A stretch of DNA of 61,998 bases, counting the filler, from Hausera hauseri (taxonomy: Eukaryota), in assembly GCA_046269625.1 (NCBI GenBank). It is 11 parts of 11 records of this genome, joined end to end, with 100 filler letters (N's around TTAATTAATTAA, not from the genome) between each part and the next. Parts side by side here need not be neighbours in the genome. Positions count along the whole stretch, not along the records: positions 10,070 to 14,939 come from JBJURY010408811.1; positions 15,040 to 21,266 come from JBJURY010122651.1; positions 21,367 to 29,329 come from JBJURY010847635.1; 8 more parts are not named here. One strand, given 5' to 3'. Below the pieces are notes generated by a model that searched no databases, had not been told where the DNA came from, and saw nothing but the letters and a program-made list of their open reading frames with translations. Positions 13,001 through 23,622 of the stretch are shown piece by piece. Position 1 is the stretch's first letter; every line of letters starts with the position of its first letter. Both the position numbers and the translations under genes were made by a program.

Positions 13001-14939
13001 TGTATCAGTAACAGTAGCAATTCGGACTTTCTTTGATGGTCGAGAATGAAGTGGTATTCGATGCAGGATAGTAGTATTGAAGATGGTATTGTAGTTTATA
13101 GTTTTATCGAAGGATTTGGCAGTGGTAACAGAATCACTTTCATCGCTGTACAAATTCCAATCGTCAAAAACATTGTTCGTTAGTGATTTATAAATCAAGG
13201 TGCAATGATTGTAAGAAAAGGTTTATTTAACGATTTTTTATTGTCGACTTTTGAGTTGCGTTCATCCCTACGACAGCCGAAATTGTATCGTCGTGATAAA
13301 ATCGCTCTTTATTGCGATCACTTGTTAAACAGCATTGTTTGCAATCGACAAGGAGGTTATAGTGCGAAAGAAAATCAAGTCCTAAAATGGCTGCTTGGGC
13401 ATTTGCGACGGTAAATGTCCAGTGGAACGTTTCAGTAAATTTCCTTTCAGTAAAAGCCTACATGTACCGGAAACATATAGTGGTTGTCCCGAAGCTGTAA
13501 ATAAAGGTTTGATTTTTGATGGAGTTTGTTGAGTTGTAAAGCTGAGAGGTAGTAAAGAAGTCACTGCACCTGAATCGATGAGAAAATCTGTGTTGAGATG
13601 TCGGTTCGATGGTGGAGGCTTTTAATGTGAACCCGGCGAAAGAAATTTTTTGGCTATTAGGAAGTGAAGAGCTGCCTTCGCCAATGCTTGCCGAAAACTC
13701 TGGCGGCGAAGTTAATTTTTTGAAAACGGAGAACCTGGGCAACTGTTAGAAATGAAAGTTGTACGTTCGTTAATTGCATAGTGGGGGTTGTTTTTAAACG
13801 TGCAACCTGGAATGCACTTGAGTGCATTATGTCTGAATTTTGCATGATAAATGCAAATGACGGTGTCTGTATGGTGTCTTTGATCATAACGTTTGCACCC
13901 TAGGTGGCATTTTTGTGCTTTGTTGTCGAATCTACCATGGTAATAGCAAATCGGTGGTCGTCCAGGTGAAAGTGAACGATCACGAGATACTGAACGGTTA
14001 CGGTCACGTATGAAACACTCACGTCGAGTCAATGAATTCTCGTTCAGTTTATTGTTGATGGCACTGAATGTTTGTTGCAGTGCTACATTTTCGGCACGTA
14101 ATTGATTTAATTGGTGTTCGATAGATGCATGTCGTTGATCGTCATCATTCATTATAGCGGCTGATATAATAGGTTATGATTGGATTTGCAATACTTCGTG
14201 TGCTTTATTGGTCAATTCAGCTAGCTTATCTAGGGCTGTAGAATCTTCAACAACGGTAAGCAAAGCCCTGATCTGAATTGGTAAAGCATTAAGGAAATAT
14301 CGTCGAAGTAGATCAGGGTTATATTCCTTGGTGACGCCTAAAGTACGTAAGTGAGCCAACGAGGTGCGTAGGAAATCGCTAGGTTTTTGTGTCTCCATTT
14401 CGTTTTCATTAAAGAAACGCTGCATTATTGAATCAATTGATGGTTCTGTCTGTTTCAACACAGCATTGAACAACTGTGTATAAGGGTCAGGGTGTTGAAA
14501 GATGTCCAGTAAGTTATGGATTGAGGCTTTTATAGAGTTCGGTAGAAGATAAAGTAGGTTATGGGCTTTGGATAACGATTCTGTGATACTGTTGGACTGT
14601 AAGCAGAGTTTATGGGAGTGCAGCCAGGTTTTACTAGACTTCTCATTGTCTATAAAGTATTCAGTGCAATGAGATTTAGTATTGATAGGGTTTTTATAAG
14701 AAGAATTTGCATCGGTTGGAGCAGGTAGATGATTTGGTTTGGGGTAGTAGAGAATCGGTTTGGGATTTGTGGCCGCTTTGTCGGTGGTGTCACTAGTTAG
14801 TGGAGTAATCATACCGCCGCGAATTCTAGGATTGATATGTAGACACAGATGGTGATGTGAAGCCATGATATGTGTAAGGTCGGTTAAAATAAAACCGTTG
14901 TGAGTCAGGTAAAAATCTGCATAGGCGGTGGTATTATAA
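10070..14939 (-). mobile_element. Ty3/Gypsy LTR retrotransposon, CsRn1/Kabuki-like, copy A (UBL-gag, PR, RT, RH, INT); decayed, LTRs outside the contig
   Basis: Gag with tandem CxYHxxF...CxxxC knuckles; FLIDSGA protease; RT SPWSSPLHVV/RPCGDYRQLN/MPFGLRNA/YIDD; RH YSTFDRELLAI; INT DRASRWP/QGTQFES/HPQSN..DRFHRTL; domain order PR-RT-RH-INT. Confidence 0.95.
14813..14938 (-). CDS. Ubiquitin-like domain (C-terminal half, cut by the contig end) in frame with Gag
   Basis: YNTTAYADFYLTHNGFILTDLTHIMASHHHLCLHINPRIRGG|M; the frame stays open into gag as far as 14174. Confidence 0.75.
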
Positions 14940-15039
14940 NNNNNNNNNNNNNNNNNNNNNNNNNNNNNNNNNNNNNNNNNNNNTTAATTAATTAANNNNN
15001 NNNNNNNNNNNNNNNNNNNNNNNNNNNNNNNNNNNNNNN

Positions 15040-15785
15040 ACGGCGCCTTATCAACATCAGGCAAACGGCCTGGCAGAAAGAACGATACGGACAATAAGAG
15101 ACATGATTGCTACGACCTTGAAAACAGACGAGGAGAAATCAAGCTGGGACACCATAATCACGAGAATAGAGTTCGCCATAAATACAACTTGGCAGGCAAC
15201 AATCGGAATGAGCCCCTTTGAAGTAGTGTTAGGAAAGAAACTGTCTTTGCATGGATTGCATCAAGATGCGGGAGTCCAAAACAATCCGACAGTGGAACAG
15301 AATAGTAAAAAGGCAGCCGAAAGATTACTACTATTGGAAGATCAAAAGCGCGAACATCGAATGTTTCAAGTGAGGGAAGAGGTATTAGTAAAAAAAGACC
15401 CACACAAAAGAAAGAAAGATGGGGATAGATACCAAGGACCATGCCGAATAGTTCAATTCCTTACTCCACATCAGGCGGTACTACAATTTCCGAAGAGACT
15501 GAAACCCAGGCAAATCGAGTGGTTGAAAACAGTGACGTCAAACAACAAAACGGAGAGAGGGAAGTTAGAAAATGTGATAATTTGTTTAAATAATGTCAAT
15601 GTTATATTTGATATATAATTTGATATGGAATCTTCTAGTTCTCTTACTTATATATTTAAGAAAAGCGAATGAAAATATGCTTCTTGTATTCCTTCGTTAT
15701 AACGACCAATTTTTCAGTAATATTCGATTTCAAGTATACTGTAGTTCTGTCAAACTAAGAAAATCATTTATAATCGTTTGGAGTA
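15040..15785 (+). mobile_element. Gypsy integrase C-terminus, polypurine tract and probable start of the 3' LTR, interrupted by the pPolB element
   Basis: APYQHQANGLAERTIRTIR, WDTIITRIEFAIN, GMSPFEVVLG and RYQGP; purine run GGAGAGAGGGAAG at about 15552-15564. Confidence 0.85.
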
Positions 15786-15792
15786 AGGGAAA

Positions 15793-16198
15793 ATGCGGGT
15801 TCTCTCTCACCCCCGATTGAGTCGCACAGTGCAAAATCAATAGTGCACATGTGCTAATCGATAGTACACATGGAACACTATCGATCGGTAATGTGCTAGG
15901 CACATTTATGCACTTTTCACAATTGATCGCTGGACGGTGCAGTATTGGTCGGAATCGATTTGTATAAAGTGCTAATCGATAGAGCACATCGAGGCGCATC
16001 GATAAGTGCACAGTGCAAGTGTGCAAAAATCAATAATATCGGATTTCCCATAATTCCAATATTAATGATTAGCACATTTAAAGAGCGCAGTTCAAACGAG
16101 TTTTTGATTGGCTACAACACTGTGCGCTTAGAATTTAAATCGATCGAATAGTTTTTGAATAGCATGCGTGCCAAGTTCAACTGAGGGAGAACCCGCAT
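15793..16198. repeat. 17-bp subterminal inverted repeat (arms 15793-15809 and 16182-16198)
   Basis: ATGCGGGTTCTCTCTCA pairs with TGAGGGAGAACCCGCAT: 16 Watson-Crick pairs and 1 G-T pair. Confidence 0.93.
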
Positions 16199-16527
16199 AC
16201 GTTTTTTAGGCCCTAAGGAAGCAAAATTCGACAAATGTTTAAACGGGAACAGATAGAAAGTACCACATTGTAACCCGAGTGTTCCATCTCAGATTTCCGA
16301 AATTCGGTGTACAACTCGAATAAATATCGATTTCCACCGAATAGTATCGAATATCTTGACACCCATAAATTTTTTGAGAAATCTGAAAGCGCCAGTCGAT
16401 TTCCCATGTCTTAGTGCATCTATATAGCACTTTGCAGATATGTTATACATGTGCAAGTGCGCTTTAATCAATAATAACTGTTTTCCGATAAAACCCTTGA
16501 AGTTAACTTTAGCACATAAGCAAGTGG

Positions 16528-16738
16528 AAATCGAAAAATGTAAAAGCGTACACACATAGAAACTAAAATGTGCTGTATCCGATTATGACGTCAGATATTC
16601 GAAAACCCGAATACAAGTCGAACTTTTCGAAAAATTGATTTTCTGTTCGAATAGAAGCAAAAATCGAAAAATCTAAAAGCGTAGAGGGATAGAAATCCAT
16701 ATATGTAGAACATGAATATGACGTCAGATATTCGAAAA
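16528..16738 (+). repeat. Two imperfect direct repeats of about 77 bp, spaced about 133 bp apart
   Basis: AAATCGAAAAAT.TAAAAGCGTA...TATGACGTCAGATATTCGAAAA at about 16528-16605 and 16661-16738; counterparts in copy 1 at about 3935-4145. Confidence 0.8.
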
Positions 16739-17152
16739 GAGGCTTAAGTAAAAAAGATGATTTTTCGATCGAATTCGCATATTCGAATTGCGACATCGGA
16801 TTCCCCATGTTGGAAAACCTTTGCAGACCAAAAATTTGATGTGCAGTGTTTGGAACAGTCTTGAAATGATTAAAACATTGAAAAATTCGATAATATTCGG
16901 TCAAGCATGCATTATTGGAACAATCTGATCATTTCAATCGTTTGTATGAAAACCTATGGGCGCCCAAGTGCATTTAATTTATTTGATGCATTAAAACAAC
17001 GTGTTCTACAATGTGCGAAAATTCAAAATTTAAAAAATCCATAAATGAGGCAATATGCGTTGATATGGTTATATGTTTCATTATTTCCAAAATTACTTCC
17101 ACGAATGGTAAGATTTTTATTTCTGCACCTCAAATAATTGATTGATTTTTAG

Positions 17153-17610
17153 ATGTACAATCTATATAAACAGTGCTTGGCTCAAATCGAAAAGCCTGAA
17201 AATTGCCACAACATTATGCAGAAATACTTCAGCCATCTATACAACAGGGCTGAATATTATGTATGTCCTACATATGAGGTAGTGTGCCAGACCAAATATG
17301 AAGACTTTTACAATGCCCATAAACAACAACTGATTTTCTTACCAAGTCGAAAAAACAAATATTCAATACCAATGTGCCAATAATGACTTCAATGCCTAAG
17401 CAAAATCAAAGATGCAGTTCATACTTGTATTGCACATGTGCAATACACAACCCTCAGAACTGTCATAGTACCATGAGGGGCTATTATGGATTCAAATTCA
17501 ATAGGATCCTCTATTATATTTCCTCAGGATGTGAGGCTGTATGTGATGGAGAATACATGCAGTTTTACGAAGAATATATTGCCCATTTGATAGACTTCAA
17601 GTCAAAGTGA
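17153..17610 (+). pseudogene. Tandem Cys/His-domain protein split by a frameshift (orthologous to 3086-3544)
   Basis: ORFs 17153-17383 and 17374-17610 together match the 152-aa copy-1 ORF. A possible 45-nt GTAAG..TTTTAG intron lies at 17108-17152, immediately upstream. Confidence 0.82.
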
Positions 17611-17635
17611 AAGAAGGTCATATTTAATGAGAAGC

Positions 17636-17695
17636 AGCCTGCTTTGGCAGCACAACCTGCTTTGGCAGCACAAACTGCTTTGGCAGCAAGGCCTG
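17636..17695 (+). repeat. 18-bp tandem repeat, three units (translates as QPALAA)
   Basis: CAGCCTGCTTTGGCAGCA / CAACCTGCTTTGGCAGCA / CAAACTGCTTTGGCAGCA; a related array is in copy 1 at about 2990-3060. Confidence 0.85.
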
Positions 17696-17708
17696 ACGCA
17701 AGACTAAA

Positions 17709-20700
17709 ATGTATATCAGAAGTAGCAGTAGATGCTCCATAAAAAGCCAAAGACAGCGGCCAGTTGATGCAGCAGCATTAAAGAGAAAATGCCGCAGATA
17801 TGTTATTGATGCAACTGGCCAATCAATCTTCAAAGATTTCCTCTTATACACAAAGGACTAGACAGGGGGAATTCTCCAGGACAACATGTCGAAGTTGAAG
17901 GTCCTTAAGGTGAACTTCAAATTAGAAGCCACCTCCACCAATATCGAAGAAGAGCTGTCTAGTAGAGCCTATAAGACAAAGAACAAGCCACTATTGAAAT
18001 TCTCTAACATTAAGGATTTCATTACAAAGAACTATGCAAGGCTTATGCGCGAAGCCGAAGAAAGCTAGGACAAGAAGAGTGGTTGGACTTTAGCAACAAT
18101 AAGGGGGTTACTTGTGCATGTGCACAAGTATTCTCCCATGAGAGGCAGCTCTTACTTACCGCTTCCTGAATGGATATTTAAGAAAAAAGCATGCATCAAT
18201 GTCCATAATGAGGACAACATGTGTTTTATATATGCTATTTTCTCAAAACTTGTTCAGGATTAACATAATGCTTTCCGAGTTTGAATATATGACAAAGTGC
18301 AGCACACATACGACTTCAGCTGCATTTCATTCCCGCGGAGCTTAGATGAAGTCGCAAAACTTGAAAGCGTGAACAACATCTCAATCAACATCTTCGGATT
18401 GGAGGAGAACAAACTTTACCCCTTACATGTGTGCAAGGAGGAATTTGAGAATCATAGGGATCTGCTCCTGTCAGATGATGGAGAAATGAGGCATTTCATG
18501 TGGATTATAATCTTTGAGCGCCTTGTAGGATCACAAATATCGAAGCATAAGTCAAGGCTGGAAATCTGCAAACGATGTCTATCCCATTTCAGTGGTGACA
18601 TGGCCTCGGCGAAGCTTGAGAATCATAAGACGTATTGCAATACAAACTATTGCATCCGAGCAGAATTCCACAAGGAGTATTACCTGGAATTCAAAGAGTT
18701 TGAAAAGATGTTGAAGGTGCCGATTGTCATATATTGTGACTTTGACACCATCCTCAGCCCAGTTCACAGCTGCACTCAGAATCCGCAGCAAAGCAGCACG
18801 GCAGCTTACCAATATTATGAGCTCTTATCATACTGCATGTATGCATTAGGAATGGACAAGAGGCCATTCCTATACTGGGGTTCAGATGCAGCGCTTCATT
18901 TCATGAAGCGCTTGGAGGAAATTACACATAAAATCGAAAATATGAAGCAGCAATGTAAGAATACTATGAAAATATCTTAAAAGGAAAAGTGTGAATTGCA
19001 AAATGCAATACAGTGTTACTTGTGTGAAAAAGCCTTCACATTAGACAGTCACAAAGTCCGAAATCATCGCCATACAATAGGCATGTATCGAGGCGCAGCG
19101 TGCAATAATTGCAACTTACGCTAAAAAACATGCACTTATGTTCCCATGGTATTCTACAACCTCAGCGTGTGTGATTTCCATTTCATAGTTCGGGAATTTG
19201 GTGCTATTGAAGGAAACATCAATGTGATTCCAAACAGTAAGGAGAAATATGTCACATTCATGAAGCACGTGGGCAGAATCCGCCTTCGTTTCATAGACAT
19301 TTTCCGACTCATGAGCTCATCCCTTGACAGCCTGGTCAAGAATCTTCCAGCTGATGAGCTCAAGGAAACGAAGCGGTTCTTCCCGGCAACATTTGATTTA
19401 GTCAAAAAGAAAGGAGTATTCCTCTATGACTACATAACGTCATGGAGATCTCTTGAAGAAAGAGAATTGCCTGCTAAGAAGGATTTTTACAGTAGGCTTT
19501 CAGACACGGACATCAGCGATGCGGACTATAAGCATGCTCAAAATATCTGGAAAGCATTCAAATGTAGGAAAATAAGGAAATATGGTGACATCTATCTCAT
19601 CACAGATGTGCTGCTGCTAACGAATGTATTTGAAAGCTTCCGGGATGTCACACTTAAGAGTCACAAATTGGATCCAGCTCATTTTTTCACAGCTTCAGGA
19701 ATGAGGTGGGCAGCAATGCTACGCTATACAGGCATATGGCTGCAGATCTTGAAGGACTGTGATATGATCCTGATGATCGAGTGAGGCATTCAGGGCGGAA
19801 TCTGCCAGGCCATTCACAGATATAGTGAGGCAAACAATAAATACATGGCAGAATATGATACATCCAGGCCATCATTTTATATAACATACCCGGATGCAAA
19901 AAACTTATATGGTTGGGCAATGAGTGCCCCATTGCCCTATGATAATTTTAAATGGGTGGAGCATCCCGAAGAGCTCTCAATACAAAATATGGACCTTAAT
20001 GGAGATACGGGACACATGTTGGAAGTGGATGTAGAATATCCCCATAGCATCCACTCAAGGCATGAACAACTGCCTTTTCTCCCGGAGAGCAAGCAACCAC
20101 CAGATAGAAAACGCAAGAAGTGGCTTTGCCATTTGGATGATCGGAAATATTATGTAGCCCACTATATAAATCTCCAGCTGGCTATGAGGAATGGTGTAAG
20201 AGTAACAAGGATCCATCGTGCCATATCATTTAACCAGTCTATGTGGTTGCAGCCCTACATAGACTTCAACATGCAGCTGAGGGTTAATGCCAAAAATGAC
20301 TTTGAAAACGACCAATTCAAGTTGTATAACAACTTGGTCTTTGCAAAACGATGGAGAATATCCGCAATAGTATAAATATCGAGTTGGTGTGTGACTGGAA
20401 GCGGGCAAAGAAGCTCATTGTCAAGCCCAACTTACATTCCGGCACAATATATACAGAAAACCTGGTAAGCATACATGTGCTCAAGACATCCCTGGAATTT
20501 AACAAGCCGGTCTATGTCGGAATGTCAATCTTGGACTTGTCAAAGACCCTGATGTATGATTTGATTACATCATGGTCCCCACATTCAAGTCAATACAGCT
20601 GATGTATATGGATACTGATAGCTTCATCTATTAGATCCATACAGAGGACATTTATGAGGACTTTGCAAAGTTGGTTCAGCATATGGATACGTCTGATTAT

Positions 20701-21081
20701 CCAAAGGATCATCCCAACTATTCAATTACCAACAAAAAGATCCTTGGGAAATTCAAAGACGAGGTGAATGGGACAATCATCTCGCGATTTGTGGCTCTTA
20801 AGTTTACAATGTATGCCATTGATGAATGTGGTCAAGTAAAGAAGCGAGCTAAAATTGTTCAATAGGCAACCATAGCCAAGAAGATTGGCTTCAATGACTA
20901 TGTTAGAGTTCTGCATGAGCAGACTTATATCATATCAGAGATGCAAAGGATCCAGAACAGGACTAATACCATGGAGAGAGTAACATTATAGAAGAAAAGT
21001 CTAGATAGGATGGATGACAAAAGACAGATCCCGGGTGATGGAATAAGCACACTACCTCACGGACATGTTACATTAATGTAA
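17709..21081 (+). pseudogene. Protein-primed family B DNA polymerase, near full length with several stops and frameshifts
   Basis: RGSSYLPLPEWIFKKKACINVHNEDNMCF; C2H2-like CKRCLSHF..H..YC; ExoI YCDFD; EndoVII-like insert; ExoII and ExoIII; motif A DAKNLYG, motif B KLYNN.VF, motif C YMDTDS; DDKR; ends TLPHGHVTLM*. The start position is uncertain. Confidence 0.94.
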
Positions 21082-21366
21082 ATATCTTTGTTATGACGTG
21101 TTGTATTTTTGTATTAATAAAACTTATAAAAAATATCGTGTTGACTTCTTGATCAAGTAATGTGGGATATGGGATAAGGCCAACTAATTTTATAACACAT
21201 TTATTTCGCAGCAACATAACTTTGACATAACGCTAAACACTTTTTATAAGCACAATGTAAACCATGNNNNNNNNNNNNNNNNNNNNNNNNNNNNNNNNNN
21301 NNNNNNNNNNTTAATTAATTAANNNNNNNNNNNNNNNNNNNNNNNNNNNNNNNNNNNNNNNNNNNN

Positions 21367-23622
21367 AAAGAGAGAAAGAGAGAAAGAGAGAGAGAGAGAG
21401 AAAAGACGGCGAAGAGGGACAAAACGGAAGAGAGCAAGAAGCTGAAGAAGGCGAAGGAAAGTAGTAGGAAGGTGGTGTGCAAGAGGTTAAAATGATGAAA
21501 GGAATAGATGGAAATATTAGTGAAGTCGAAGTGGTGTCTGGCAGAGGAGGTGTTGTAAAAGGAGAAAGAAGGCTGTCATCAGGAGATGAAGGTGTGAAAA
21601 GGGTTGGAGGTGCAAATTCGGATGGGAAAGAAGAGGATGAACTGTCAGAAGAAATTGAAGTAGAAGTCTTGGGAGAAAGCGTAGGGAAAGTGGATTAAGA
21701 AATTGAATAGACATTAGGGGTGAATTTTTGGATTGCTGCGCGTCGTGTAAAGATGTTGGTGAAGAAGTGGTTTCGATGGGAGACGTATCGTCAATGAAGA
21801 AAGCCGGCTTAGCATTGTTGATGTGGACTGTTACTTCTTTGTCGTCTTTGAGGATGACGATGTTGTGGGAGTGTAAACGAATTACTTTGTAAGGGCCAAC
21901 ATACTAAGGCTAAAAACCACACGGCGTATGGCTCTTTCGCCATGCGAACTTGACAGTATATAAATCGTCTGGTATGTAAGGTTTATTTCCGTGTAATAGT
22001 CTACAAAATTAGTCTTTGCTAATCTCAATAAAGTGTCTCAGGGCCGCTTGTATGGTTTCGTCTGTAGGAATATTGTCCAGGTCAGCCAGCTCGAATAATG
22101 ATCTTATAGATTTCCCAAATAATGCTTCTGCAGGTGAACAGCTTGTAGAAGTAATGGTGTGTTCCGCCAGCCAAGTAGAACGTACGGAAGGAGTGTAGTC
22201 CAACTGCCATTGGACTCAGCAAGGATTTTGAGAGACGTTTTCATTGTTCGGTGAAAGCGTTCAAGAAGGCCATTAGATTGGGGATGATATGGTGACATGT
22301 GAATGTGGTTAATTCCCAATCGATTGACAAGAGCTTTAAACAGGTTGAATTCGCACTGTGGACCTCGGTCCGAAATGATATGGTCAGGTGATCCAAACCT
22401 GCTGATCCAATTGCGAATGAAAAAGTTTGCGATTGTTTCTGTGTTGGTGTTCCGAAGCAGGACAGCCTCTGGCCATCGCGTGGAACGGTCAATCATTGTG
22501 GAAATGAACTGATAGCAGTTGTCTAAGGGTAGTGGGCCTGCAATGTCAATGTGAACAGATTCAAAGCGAGAAATAGTGGTGGGTTTAGGTGCTTAGTAAA
22601 TTTGTATTTTTGGTATGCCACGTACAGCCTAACCCATGTTTGCACATCAGAGCGCATCGATGGCCATACTACTTGGCGTTGTAAGAGTCGAAAAGTGGCC
22701 TTGGCACCGGGATGATGCAACGAATGGATGCTGTTAAATGCTTCTTTTTAAAGCGATTCAGAAAGGATGACTTTAGGATTATTAGGTTTGGAAGTATCAA
22801 AGGCCACACCGTCGATGGTTTTGCATGATTTAAAAAATTTAAGGATGTCAGGAAGTGGCTGGTTTTGTTGAAGTTTGGATTGAGGAAAAATTGGTGTAAA
22901 ATCAATCGAGCTGACCGATTGGGAGAAAAAGTCAGCTACTAAATTGTTGACTCCGTTTAGATGCTTAATTATAAAATTAAATGTGGAAAAATACGATATT
23001 TGCTTCTCCTGACGTGGAGAATGCGATTTCATGGTAAGAATTTGAAGCAAGGGCTTGTGGTCCGTCTGTATTGTAAAAGTTCATGCGGTTAGCAGATGCT
23101 TGAAGTGTTTTACGGCAAGGACCATTGCAAGCAACTCTCGAACAAAGGTGGAATATTTTTACTCTTGTGCCGTGAATTTTCGAGAAAAGAATTCTAATGG
23201 CTCATGGGATCCATTTTTGACTTTATGGAGTACAGCATTTGCAGCTTTTGTGGATGCATTCGTGGTTAAGAAGAGTTCTGCATGGGAGTCGGAATAGGCC
23301 AGGATTTCCACGGTGTTTAGATTATCTTTAAGGTGATCGAAAGCGTTGACTAGCTTGGAGGTCCATTGAATAGGCTGTTTTTTCTTGCCAGAGCTTATTC
23401 ATGCAAATGGAGCGGTTAGAGTGGAGCAGTGTGGAACATGTTTATGAATAAAGCGCAAGGTTCCGAGGAAAGAACGCATTTCTGTGGATGTACGTGGTAG
23501 CTGTATGTTTTTGAGCTGTGTGAGGCGCTCTGACTGAGGTGAGTGGCCGGATGAACTAATAACATGTCCTATGAAGTTGACCTTATGTTGAAAAAAAGAG
23601 CATTTGGCGAAATTAATTTGCA
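21367..23622 (-). mobile_element. CsRn1-like Gypsy copy B: RT C-terminus, RH, INT and S/P-rich tail; 5'-truncated
   Basis: KCSFFQHKVNFIGH, YSTFVRELLA, HHPGAKAT, DRSTRWPEA, SDRGPQ and YHPQSNGLLERFHRTMK; an (AG)n tract lies at the contig start. Confidence 0.93.

Larger units (their letters stand above)
15786..21266 (+). mobile_element. pPolB-encoding DNA element, copy 2; decayed, truncated by the contig end
   Basis: Begins TA|AGGGAAAATGCGGG. Layout is about 1.35 kb of repeat-rich non-coding sequence, the Cys/His gene, pPolB and the tail of a convergent gene. Homologous to 1-4918. Confidence 0.88.

Noticed and set aside
16586-16726. TGACGTCA as functional CRE/ATF sites
   Set aside because: The two sites come from one direct repeat and only one is intact in copy 1; there is no independent evidence.
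1-21266. The two pPolB copies in opposite orientation as one giant inverted element enclosing Tc1 and Gypsy
   Set aside because: They lie on different contigs separated by linkers, so relative position and orientation are arbitrary.
21477-21698. Plus-strand E/G/V-rich ORF
   Set aside because: It is the antisense shadow of the S/P-rich integrase tail.
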